Shown one piece after another: positions 56,341 to 64,000 of a DNA stretch of 64,000 nucleotides. Within the stretch, counting starts at the first letter, position 1; every line of letters starts with the position of its first letter. The DNA is from an uncultured euryarchaeote (lineage in GTDB: Archaea > Thermoplasmatota > Poseidoniia > Poseidoniales > Thalassarchaeaceae): the NCBI GenBank assembly GCA_937911265.1, contig CALDRG010000057.1, forward strand, positions 19,025 to 83,024, given 5' to 3'. A program made the position numbers and the translations under genes. Under the pieces are notes generated by a model. It had not been told where the DNA came from. It did not search any database and worked only from the letters and a program-made list of their open reading frames with translations.

Positions 56341-59319
56341 ATGTACAGGACTTCCCGAGAAAGAAACAACCGTCGCCGAATCCATACTGGTCTTTTCCTA
56401 GTTGCCCTGATGCTGGGTTCTGGATGCTTGGGTGCCACCGATGAGATTGTTGAGCAGCCAGAGCCGTCGGTAGTGACTGCCAGTGTGACTATCGAAGGCT
56501 CGCCGACCTCGGCCAGCAATCTGATCATCGCAAACGCTGTCATTGAGGAAGGAACCGCCCCTTTCATCGCCAACTGGCGCCTCGATGGTGTACTCGTCCA
56601 GACATCCAACAGCTTGGCCTACGATGCAGGATTCCTCTCAGTTGGGACTCACACCATCGAGGTAGAGTTGACTGATTCGATGGGTGCTTCTACTGTGTCA
56701 ACGGTCATATTCACACTGATTGAGCCTAACAGGGCGCCTACTGTCTCACTTGAACTTCCTTCCGAGGGCATTGCAGGAGTTCCCATTGCTTGGTCCGTGG
56801 ACGCTACCGACCCTGATGGCGACAATCTAGTGGTAGAGGTGGACTTCTCGGATGGCGCCACTCTGCGCGACCTCTCTGGTCAGCATATTTGGGGTGAGCC
56901 GGGAACCTACTCGGTCCGTGTATCGGTCACTGACACCTCGGGCTTCCTAGCCACTGCGCAGGAATCGATAAGAATAGACGACGCGAAAGCCCCATTGCTC
57001 ACCGTTTCAACCAATCCCTCCCCTCAGGGGCGCATACACCTCAATCTGGCCGGTGAACTCAGCATCGCCACTGTAGCAGAGGATCCAATGGGACCAACCT
57101 CTGTCTCGATCGACTGGGGCGACGACTCCACATCCGACCCGGCTATGGTCGATGAATCGCATCAGTACTCCGAAGAAGGAATCTACGTGGTCCGTGTGAC
57201 TGCCACAGGACCCACTGGAATTACCACTGAGCGCGTGTTCCACGTCGAAGTGGTTTCAGTCGCCGACGATCTAGAGGCCGCGCAGCTCCAAGATGAGCTG
57301 GAGGGTGAGGCTGAGGAGCAGTTGGAAAACGAAGTCGAGCAGGGGCTCGACCCTGACGGCGATGGTACTGTCGACGAGGTTACCGAGGCCCAGAGCGACT
57401 CTGAGTATGACTGGCAGTCTGATTTCGACTCAGACGGGGATGGATACTATGATGACGACCAAGAGGTCGATGACTGGGTGACCACCGATGAGGAATCAGT
57501 GCGCGACGAGGTTGGCGACGAGGAGGAGGCCGACACCATCCCGAGCGACCCCCTGATGATTCAGAGCAGCGTCGTCAACGAGGATGAGATCCCCTCGGAG
57601 GACGAACTCGCCCCAATCCCACTCGAAAACGCAGCGAGGACTGAGATAGTCGAACCCGTGTTCGACGAGGCATGGGGAGAAATCGATGACTCCTCTATGC
57701 AAGAGCAGACCTACTCGCGTTCCATCTCGCAAGTAACGGCCACGTGGTGGAACGACAGTTTCTGGGAGGACTGGGATAACGACGGGGTCGCAGAGACCCT
57801 CTGCCACAGGACGGTAGGCGTGTTCTGGTTCGACTCGGACGGCGTCCCGGGTCCCGAGCGCATCATCCTAGTTCGCAACACTCAATGCTCGCACGACCGC
57901 GACGGCGACGGGCAAGATGACCTCTTCTTCACACGCTTCAGAGGGATGGACCTCGTCGATCAGAATTCAGATGGCATACCCGAGCGACACGACGTCCTGA
58001 CCAGGACCGTGTGGACTTGGGACAATGGCACCTACGAGGACGTCAACATACACCTGTTCGTTCATGCCCGGACCGATGCCGACCAAGATGGTAATCTGGA
58101 GCGCAGGGTTATCTTGAACCGGGATCAGAGGATGGTCGATCAGGGCATCGGCTCGGTCCTGACCGCCTACTTCTCGCACTCTCGACTCATCCATCGCATC
58201 GATGGTAACGATGACGGCACTCCCGAGCGCTGGATGGCAATCGACCACACTTCATGGGTCTGGGACCCCACCGAGGACGGCAATGCCGACCGCCATCGTG
58301 ACAACCTGCGAGCGGTCGTAGTCAGGGACACCAACTCCGACGGCAACGTCGATGTGGTCCGCGCGCTTCAGCAGAACACCGCTCAGTTCGACAACGACTC
58401 CAACGGCGTCATCGAATTGCAGTGGACATGGCGAGCGGGGGTCCTCAAGGTCGACACCGACCACGACGGCGACCTCGACTACACCGCCCGCATGCGAGGC
58501 TGGCACCAGCACTGGGACTGGGGGATGGTGGAGCACCACATCCACCGGTTCGCACTGACTCGCATGGTCGACGACGATGCGGATGGGACGCTTGAGTGGA
58601 AGCAGAGGATCATACACATGTCCAATGCGACCGACTGGGACTTCGACCACTACCTAGAGCAGCGCGAGTCATACACTGCTACCCTGACATGGTGGGACCC
58701 CAATGAGGATGGCTCTGAGGAGCATGTCTTCAGACGGGTTAGGGAGACGTTGTACCTCGATGAGCACGCCCACGGATGGACGTATATCTCCGAGGAGACG
58801 CGCTCGATGGAGCTATGGCGCAACTCATGGCAGCAGCCGCATACCATCCGTATCAGAGTGGCCACCTTGACAGCGTGGGACAACAACTCAGACGGCAGTC
58901 CTGATACCTACCACTATCTGAGTCGGACCTGGCAGGCAACTGATACCAACGACGACGACTTCCTCAACCGTAGGGTGTTCCACCGTCACTACATGGGGCA
59001 GAGGGACGACAACGCTGACGGCAACGTGACTTCCGCTGTCAATAACAACATCTGGCACGCGAGAAACCTCTCGCTCTCTTCCACCGGTAGCATCGAGGTA
59101 CTGCAGGAGGGCTATCTCTCACACTCCGTGTTCGAGTGGAACATCAATCCCCAGGGTCATGCTTACCGCACCAACAGCACTTGGGTCGGATTCCAGATTG
59201 ACTACGTCGCCGGCACCTCCCAAGGCCTCACCGTCACGGTCATCACCATAGATTCCGACCAGGACGGCACGCCCGAATCGCAGACCATAACCACCGCAGG
59301 ATCGGGCAACCCTCCCTGA
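56341..59319 (+). CDS. Large predicted lipoprotein: PKD/Ig domains, acidic linker, C-terminal 21-aa periodic DxDxDG repeat domain
   Basis: RRR followed by hydrophobic stretch and GSGC; PKD motifs (DFSDG, HIWGEPGTY, DWGDD, HQYSEEGIY); periodic motif counted by hand. Start 56317 or 56341. Confidence 0.85.
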   Translation: MYRTSRERNNRRRIHTGLFLVALMLGSGCLGATDEIVEQPEPSVVTASVTIEGSPTSASNLIIANAVIEEGTAPFIANWRLDGVLVQTSNSLAYDAGFLSVGTHTIEVELTDSMGASTVSTVIFTLIEPNRAPTVSLELPSEGIAGVPIAWSVDATDPDGDNLVVEVDFSDGATLRDLSGQHIWGEPGTYSVRVSVTDTSGFLATAQESIRIDDAKAPLLTVSTNPSPQGRIHLNLAGELSIATVAEDPMGPTSVSIDWGDDSTSDPAMVDESHQYSEEGIYVVRVTATGPTGITTERVFHVEVVSVADDLEAAQLQDELEGEAEEQLENEVEQGLDPDGDGTVDEVTEAQSDSEYDWQSDFDSDGDGYYDDDQEVDDWVTTDEESVRDEVGDEEEADTIPSDPLMIQSSVVNEDEIPSEDELAPIPLENAARTEIVEPVFDEAWGEIDDSSMQEQTYSRSISQVTATWWNDSFWEDWDNDGVAETLCHRTVGVFWFDSDGVPGPERIILVRNTQCSHDRDGDGQDDLFFTRFRGMDLVDQNSDGIPERHDVLTRTVWTWDNGTYEDVNIHLFVHARTDADQDGNLERRVILNRDQRMVDQGIGSVLTAYFSHSRLIHRIDGNDDGTPERWMAIDHTSWVWDPTEDGNADRHRDNLRAVVVRDTNSDGNVDVVRALQQNTAQFDNDSNGVIELQWTWRAGVLKVDTDHDGDLDYTARMRGWHQHWDWGMVEHHIHRFALTRMVDDDADGTLEWKQRIIHMSNATDWDFDHYLEQRESYTATLTWWDPNEDGSEEHVFRRVRETLYLDEHAHGWTYISEETRSMELWRNSWQQPHTIRIRVATLTAWDNNSDGSPDTYHYLSRTWQATDTNDDDFLNRRVFHRHYMGQRDDNADGNVTSAVNNNIWHARNLSLSSTGSIEVLQEGYLSHSVFEWNINPQGHAYRTNSTWVGFQIDYVAGTSQGLTVTVITIDSDQDGTPESQTITTAGSGNPP
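57769..59319 (+). repeat. Cryptic protein-level tandem repeat, 21-aa period (63 nt), about 25 units
   Basis: Of the first 21 units starting at DWDNDG, 18 are exactly 21 aa and three are 18-19 aa; no obvious DNA-level identity between units. Confidence 0.88.
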
Positions 59320-59357
59320 CGAATCGTTATGGGGGGGGCGTCTGTCGTCACCTCGTC

Positions 59358-59435
59358 GCTCCTGTGGTGTAGCACGGCCCATCATTCCGGGTTTTCATCC
59401 CGGCGACTCGGGTTCGAATCCCGACAGGAGCACCA
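59358..59435 (+). tRNA. tRNA-Glu (TTC)
   Basis: Acceptor GCTCCTG/CAGGAGC, anticodon arm CCGGG-TT-TTC-AT-CCCGG, TTCGAAT loop, encoded CCA. Confidence 0.95.
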
Positions 59436-59436
59436 A

Positions 59437-59886
59437 TCATTCCACTTCATGAACATCCGTGGGAATGCCTCTGGAAGCTGCCTGTTCAATTACTATTCTC
59501 GTCCACTTGCTAGTCGGAGATGGCATCGCCAGGATGTGCGAGGCCCCCCTCAGAATCTTTTCAGTCAGGGTGTTAGCAGCCTCGCCCCTGCCTCTGTCAA
59601 CCAGACTCCTGTTAGGGTCACTCCACTCCTCAGTGAATACAGCTATCGGAATCGAGTTGTTGTCGGCCCAGCGCTCGGCCATGTAGTCAACTCCGCTCGC
59701 ACCGCCAACAATAATCATGTCCGGGTAGCCGTTATCATCGACCCAAGATTCGACGGCAATCTCGAAGGCCATGAAGTCGTAGAACCTACTCGATCCAACG
59801 ATAGCGAGATTAATAATTTCCCCATCTAGATTGAGATCGCGACTCCCGAGCCGCTCGACCGTGTCTTGTCCAGCATGACCTGCCAT
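59437..59886 (-). CDS. SLOG-superfamily protein (YspA/DUF2493-like)
   Basis: LAIVGSSRF, IIVGGASGVDYMAERWA, SKWTRIVIEQA; start moved to 59886. Confidence 0.78.
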   Translation of the reverse strand: MAGHAGQDTVERLGSRDLNLDGEIINLAIVGSSRFYDFMAFEIAVESWVDDNGYPDMIIVGGASGVDYMAERWADNNSIPIAVFTEEWSDPNRSLVDRGRGEAANTLTEKILRGASHILAMPSPTSKWTRIVIEQAASRGIPTDVHEVE

Positions 59887-60064
59887 GGACCGGTCGAGGG
59901 GGGTTGTGAACAATAAACATCCCCTGTCAATGTGCGATTCAGTCGTTTTCTGGATTTTTTCTTCTTCTATGGGAGAAGGCAAGCAGAAGCCCAGCCATAA
60001 TCACTGGAATGTTCGGGCGCGAGTTGATATTGGACCGTCTGTTCGAAATTACCGAGGAACAGCA

Positions 60065-61291
60065 ATGGCTCTGGATATCGAGGCTATACGGGGCGATTTC
60101 CCTATCCTGGGGCGCACTCTGCCTAACGGTAAGAAACTCGTATACTTCGACAACGCCGCGACCTCGCAGAAACCACAATGCGTCATCGACGCCATGTCCC
60201 GTTACTATGAGGAGTACAACTCTAATGCCCACCGTGCCAACCACACTCTTGCAGATGAGGCCACCACCGCTCTTGAGGGCGCCCGGGAGCGAATATCCTC
60301 CTACTTCGGGACCTCTCCCGATCAGATGATCTACACCAGCGGCGCCACAGAGGCAATCAACCTAGTCGCCTATGGCTGGGCACGAGAGAATCTCAGCGAG
60401 GGAGACGTCGTCGTTCTGACCGAGATGGAGCACCATGCTGACATCGTGCCGTGGCAGCAGTTGGCAATCGACAAGGGCGTTGAGGTCAGGTACGTGCCGA
60501 TAGACACTGAGTCCTTCACTCTCGACATGGATGCCTTCGAAGTGGCTCTGGATGGCGCCTCGCTGGTCTGCGTTGTACACACGAGCAATGTTCTGGGGGT
60601 ACGCAATCCCGTAGAGGACATCGTAGAGATGTCGCACTCCGTTGGTGCGCGGGTGCTAATCGACTGCGCACAGGGTGCGCCACACGAGAGGATTGACTTC
60701 GACTCTCTCGGAGCTGATTTCGTCGCCATCTCAGCTCACAAAATGGCCGGGCCCACAGGAATCGGGTGCATACTGGTGAAGCGAGATGCGATGGCTGAGA
60801 TGGGTCCGTTCATGACCGGTGGCTCGATGATTAAGCGAGTCACCACCGAGGGCTCAACGTTCCAAGAGGGCCACGCCATGTTCGAGACCGGGACTCCTCG
60901 GATTGCTGAGGCGATAGGATGGGGTGCCGCCGTGGAATGGCTCGACCAGTTCGACATGAGGGAGATCCACGATCATATCAACGATGTCGCTTCTTGGACT
61001 GCAGCCCGGATGAGAGAAATTCCCGGAATCAGGATATACGGCCACCCTCAGAGGGAAGACAGTAGCGGAGCCGTCTCCTTCCTACACGAGAGCATCCAGT
61101 CTCAGGACCTTGCATTGCTTCTCGATGAGGGCGGTTTCGCCGTCAGGTCTGGCCATCACTGCGCCCAGCCCCTAATGGATGCCTTGGGAGTACCTTCGAC
61201 AAACCGTGCCTCGTTCTGGATCTACAATACCATGGGAGAGGCGGAGTCCTTCGTAGAGTACCTCGGCCAAGTGGTGAAGAGATTCGCCTGA
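60065..61291 (+). CDS. sufS: Cysteine desulfurase, SufS type
   Basis: YFDNAATSQKP, EMEHHA, SAHKMAGPTG, RSGHHCAQP persulfide Cys. Confidence 0.96.
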   Translation: MALDIEAIRGDFPILGRTLPNGKKLVYFDNAATSQKPQCVIDAMSRYYEEYNSNAHRANHTLADEATTALEGARERISSYFGTSPDQMIYTSGATEAINLVAYGWARENLSEGDVVVLTEMEHHADIVPWQQLAIDKGVEVRYVPIDTESFTLDMDAFEVALDGASLVCVVHTSNVLGVRNPVEDIVEMSHSVGARVLIDCAQGAPHERIDFDSLGADFVAISAHKMAGPTGIGCILVKRDAMAEMGPFMTGGSMIKRVTTEGSTFQEGHAMFETGTPRIAEAIGWGAAVEWLDQFDMREIHDHINDVASWTAARMREIPGIRIYGHPQREDSSGAVSFLHESIQSQDLALLLDEGGFAVRSGHHCAQPLMDALGVPSTNRASFWIYNTMGEAESFVEYLGQVVKRFA

Positions 61292-61333
61292 CCGCCTAGT
61301 CATGTTCAAGGCTGGCCTCTAGGACGCAGCGGT

Positions 61334-61762
61334 ATGGCAGAGGGTAGGAAGTGGCCCGATCACCTCGACCCTGTGGTCGAGGAATTCCGCGCCTGCTTCG
61401 ACGCGATGGAGAGATACGAGCTTTTGTTCGGATATGCCAAATTGCATCCGTCACCGCTCCCCCAGGAAGAGTGGAACGACGACAACCAAGTCCACGGTTG
61501 CCAGTCTAGAGCCCACGTCATTTGTTCAGTCGATGAAAGTGGAAGGTTCCTCCTGAGAGGGGGCGCTGATGCCCAGATAGTGCAAGGCCTGATGGCGGTG
61601 ACGGCGATTGCCGTTAATGGCATGAATCCCTCTGAGGTGGCTGAGATGGAGCCTGATTATGCCGAGGCGATGGGTATCCGCTCCTCGCTCACTCCGAGCA
61701 GGGCCAATGGCTTCCTGAATATGTTCAAGAGAGTCCGCGAGGAGGCGGTCCTGCTCCAATGA
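61334..61762 (+). CDS. sufE: SufE sulfur acceptor
   Basis: VHGCQS, DAQIVQGL, LTPSRANG. Confidence 0.92.
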   Translation: MAEGRKWPDHLDPVVEEFRACFDAMERYELLFGYAKLHPSPLPQEEWNDDNQVHGCQSRAHVICSVDESGRFLLRGGADAQIVQGLMAVTAIAVNGMNPSEVAEMEPDYAEAMGIRSSLTPSRANGFLNMFKRVREEAVLLQ

Positions 61763-61771
61763 GGCACCACC

Positions 61772-62086
61772 ATGGTAGAAGAGTCCGATATTATTGTCTC
61801 ACTAGGGGAGGTAGAAGACCCCGAGATGAAGATTTCAGTCACCGAGCTGGGGTTAATCTACGCCATCAGAATTGAGGAGAGAGGTGAGGAAGTACACGCA
61901 GAGATTGACATGACTTTGACTAGCCCAGGCTGTCCGGTCGCACCTGAGATTATGGCTGCAGTACATCGCTCAGCTCTAGCCACTGAAGGAGTGGACAGTG
62001 TCCACGTGAATCTTACATTCTCTCCGCCCTGGGATCCCCGAATTCACGCAACTGAAGACGCGAGATTCGATTTGGGCGTGTTCTAG
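61772..62086 (+). CDS. DUF59/SufT Fe-S cluster assembly protein
   Basis: DPEMKISVTELGLIY, MTLTSPGCP, FSPPWDP. Confidence 0.92.
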   Translation: MVEESDIIVSLGEVEDPEMKISVTELGLIYAIRIEERGEEVHAEIDMTLTSPGCPVAPEIMAAVHRSALATEGVDSVHVNLTFSPPWDPRIHATEDARFDLGVF

Positions 62087-62934
62087 GGGGACTCGGCTGC
62101 ACTCACTGTGTTAGCCATCAGCATAGCTATGGTCATGGGCCCGACTCCTCCAGGGACCGGGGTCAACCAGCCAGCGACTTCCCCGACTCTAGGATCGACA
62201 TCACCGGCGAGTTCACCGTCATCTGCCCTCGAAATCCCGACATCGACTACGAACGCGCCGGGCTTAATCCAATCAGCTTTCACAGTGTGAGGCCTGCCGA
62301 TTGCTGCCACTACGATGTCAGCCCCGCGACACAGCGCCGCTACATCCTCGGTCCGCGAATGTGCAATGGTCACCGTTGCATCCACTCCTCGCTGGGCCAG
62401 CATCAGTGCCATTGGCATACCCACTATCCTTGAGCGCCCGAGCACAACCGCTTTCGCACCGCTGAGTCCGGTACCGTTCTCCTCGAGCATCATCAGCACA
62501 CCGGAGGGAGTACATGGCAGCAGCCCGCTGGCATCGCCTTGCACCAGCTTACCGAGGTTAGCAGGGTGGAATCCATCGACATCTTTCTTCGATGAAATAG
62601 CCGATGCGACGATGAGCTCGTCGATCCCCTCGGGAGCCGGACTCTGGACCAGAATCCCGTGCACTGATGAATCGGCATTCAGTTCTGTGACCACTTCAAG
62701 TATACTTTCTAGTGTAGTGCTGAATGGCAGATCAATACGGGTACTCAGGATACCGCACCTCTCACAGGCCCGCTGCTTGTTGCGGACATAGACATGACTG
62801 GCCGGATCATCCCCGACGATTACCACGGCAAGATGAGGGAATACGCCCTTCTCCCTGAGGGCTCCGACTCGCTCTCGCAACCCCTCCTCGAGACTGAGTG
62901 CAAGCGCCTTCCCGTCCACTATGACTGCACTCAT
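62083..62934 (-). CDS. folD: Bifunctional methylene-THF dehydrogenase/cyclohydrolase
   Basis: YVRNK, GILVQ, KDVDGFHP, PCTP, GRSRIVGMP, PVPGGVGPMT. Confidence 0.97.
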   Translation of the reverse strand: MSAVIVDGKALALSLEEGLRERVGALREKGVFPHLAVVIVGDDPASHVYVRNKQRACERCGILSTRIDLPFSTTLESILEVVTELNADSSVHGILVQSPAPEGIDELIVASAISSKKDVDGFHPANLGKLVQGDASGLLPCTPSGVLMMLEENGTGLSGAKAVVLGRSRIVGMPMALMLAQRGVDATVTIAHSRTEDVAALCRGADIVVAAIGRPHTVKADWIKPGAFVVDVGISRADDGELAGDVDPRVGEVAGWLTPVPGGVGPMTIAMLMANTVSAAESP

Positions 62935-62982
62935 GTCAGCCTCTCGGAACGACTCGCCCTTTGACCTTTCACAGTGAGATTT

Positions 62983-63059
<77 letters not shown>

Positions 63060-63086
63060 GCGCTCCAAGACAACCGACCCAGACTC

Positions 63087-63563
63087 TTGAACCCTACATC
63101 CCGGAAACGATGGTATCAGGGCCATCTTCATGCACTCAAGTCCCCTCGAAGGAGCGTGCAGTTAGCGCCTGAGAGCAACCTCAGGGCCAATACGGTCCTC
63201 GCCGCATGGGTGTGCATAGCCCTCGGTAGCGGCATCATCCTCACATCCGGTATCTCTGCTTTCGCCCTAGCCGTAGCCGTTCCACTTGCAATCGTTGGAA
63301 TCGTGCTTCTGATCGTCGGATTAGGGATGGCTGCCGAGGAGAATGCAGATCCCGAGAAGGTTGCCGCATGGGAGCCCGATTCCACCAAGATGCCAGATGC
63401 CGGTCGGGTGATGTACCGGGTTGACACTACTCTGGAGTCACCAATCAGGACCTCTGTGCTATGTGGAAGGTGCGGTAATCTCGATTGGGTCGACGGACCA
63501 AAGCCGAAGACCCACTCTTGCAACTCATGTTCGACTCTTCTCTGGGAGTCCGAAGAGGAGTAA
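63087..63563 (+). CDS. Hypothetical membrane protein with C-terminal Zn ribbon
   Basis: Two TM segments; CGRC...CNSC. Start uncertain. Confidence 0.6.
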   Translation: MNPTSRKRWYQGHLHALKSPRRSVQLAPESNLRANTVLAAWVCIALGSGIILTSGISAFALAVAVPLAIVGIVLLIVGLGMAAEENADPEKVAAWEPDSTKMPDAGRVMYRVDTTLESPIRTSVLCGRCGNLDWVDGPKPKTHSCNSCSTLLWESEEE

Positions 63564-63564
63564 C

Positions 63565-63584
63565 CGCCGCCCCTAAGGGCGGCG
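63565..63584 (+). terminator. GC-rich hairpin just after the stop codon (possible terminator or RNA stabiliser)
   Basis: CGCCGCCC-CTAA-GGGCGGCG perfect 8-bp stem; no U-tract follows. Confidence 0.4.
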
Positions 63585-63637
63585 CATCGACAAGCATCAA
63601 GTGGACGGTCCAATTCGGCAAGGTCCAAGGTGGTACG

Positions 63638-64000
63638 ATGGATCTAGGCAACAACGAGCGCCGGATGCTGCGTGTGATGCTGTCAAAACCTGCCCACTCA
63701 TGGTCTCTGGAACAACTACTGTCGGAGACGGGCTGGGACGATCAGGTCCACGTAGCCGGAGCCGGAGCAGGCCTCGCAGAAGCCGGGCTAGTAGAGGTCT
63801 TTGAGGAGCGAGTAAACTCAGTCTCACTAGGCGAAGAGGGTTCATCGGCCGCATCTGCAGGATTGCTCGAGGCCCGACTGTGGGGGTGGATTAGCGAGCA
63901 GCAGCCAGACGACAGGACGATGGCTGCATTATCATCTGAGTTCGAGCGACACGAGGCTGGCCCGGGAGTCGGATTGCTCAAGGCTCTGGGAGTCAGGCTC
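63638..64000 (+). CDS. pheS: Phenylalanyl-tRNA synthetase alpha subunit, archaeal N-terminal region (truncated by window)
   Basis: Own translation: MDLGNNERRMLRVML...GLVEV...SLGEEG...GLLEARLWGWI...GVGLLKALG resembles the archaeal PheS N-terminal winged-helix region; the catalytic domain is not in the window. Confidence 0.7.
   Translation, partial: MDLGNNERRMLRVMLSKPAHSWSLEQLLSETGWDDQVHVAGAGAGLAEAGLVEVFEERVNSVSLGEEGSSAASAGLLEARLWGWISEQQPDDRTMAALSSEFERHEAGPGVGLLKALGVRL

Noticed and set aside
61772-62086. DUF59 protein as PaaD of phenylacetate catabolism
   Set aside because: It follows sufS-sufE and no paa genes are present, so an Fe-S assembly role is more parsimonious.

Overview
64 kb of compact, gene-dense archaeal chromosome. 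Archaeal informational genes (aIF2-alpha, L44e, S27e, L37e, L40e, Nop10, Nob1, PAC2, PolD small subunit, LonB, archaeal AspRS/TyrRS/PheRS, TrmI) are mixed with bacterial-type metabolic genes (serC, folD, purA, purF, ETF, acyl-CoA dehydrogenases, HMG-CoA synthase, class II CCA enzyme, sufS/sufE) and large secreted proteins. By inference this fits a marine Thermoplasmatota, most likely Poseidoniales/Marine Group II. Five intron-less tRNA genes are present, all with encoded CCA. I found no CRISPR array, integrase or transposase. The most striking unexplained structure is a 1000-aa predicted lipoprotein (56317-59319). Its C-terminal ~515 aa is a cryptic repeat with near-strict 21-residue periodicity (Dx[DN]x[DN]G..[DE] turn plus ~13-15-residue strand, about 25 units), and it lies directly downstream of a membrane-anchored double winged-helix regulator. 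Other notable items: a Cas4/AddB-like Fe-S nuclease fused to RPA-like OB folds, a GcvH-like protein lacking the lipoyl lysine, a minimal SerK-like ParB/Srx protein, a formyltransferase coupled to aspS, and three tRNAs whose CCA ends abut convergent stop codons. All product calls come from motif recognition by eye; no database search was run. Some start codons were moved from the supplied ORF track.
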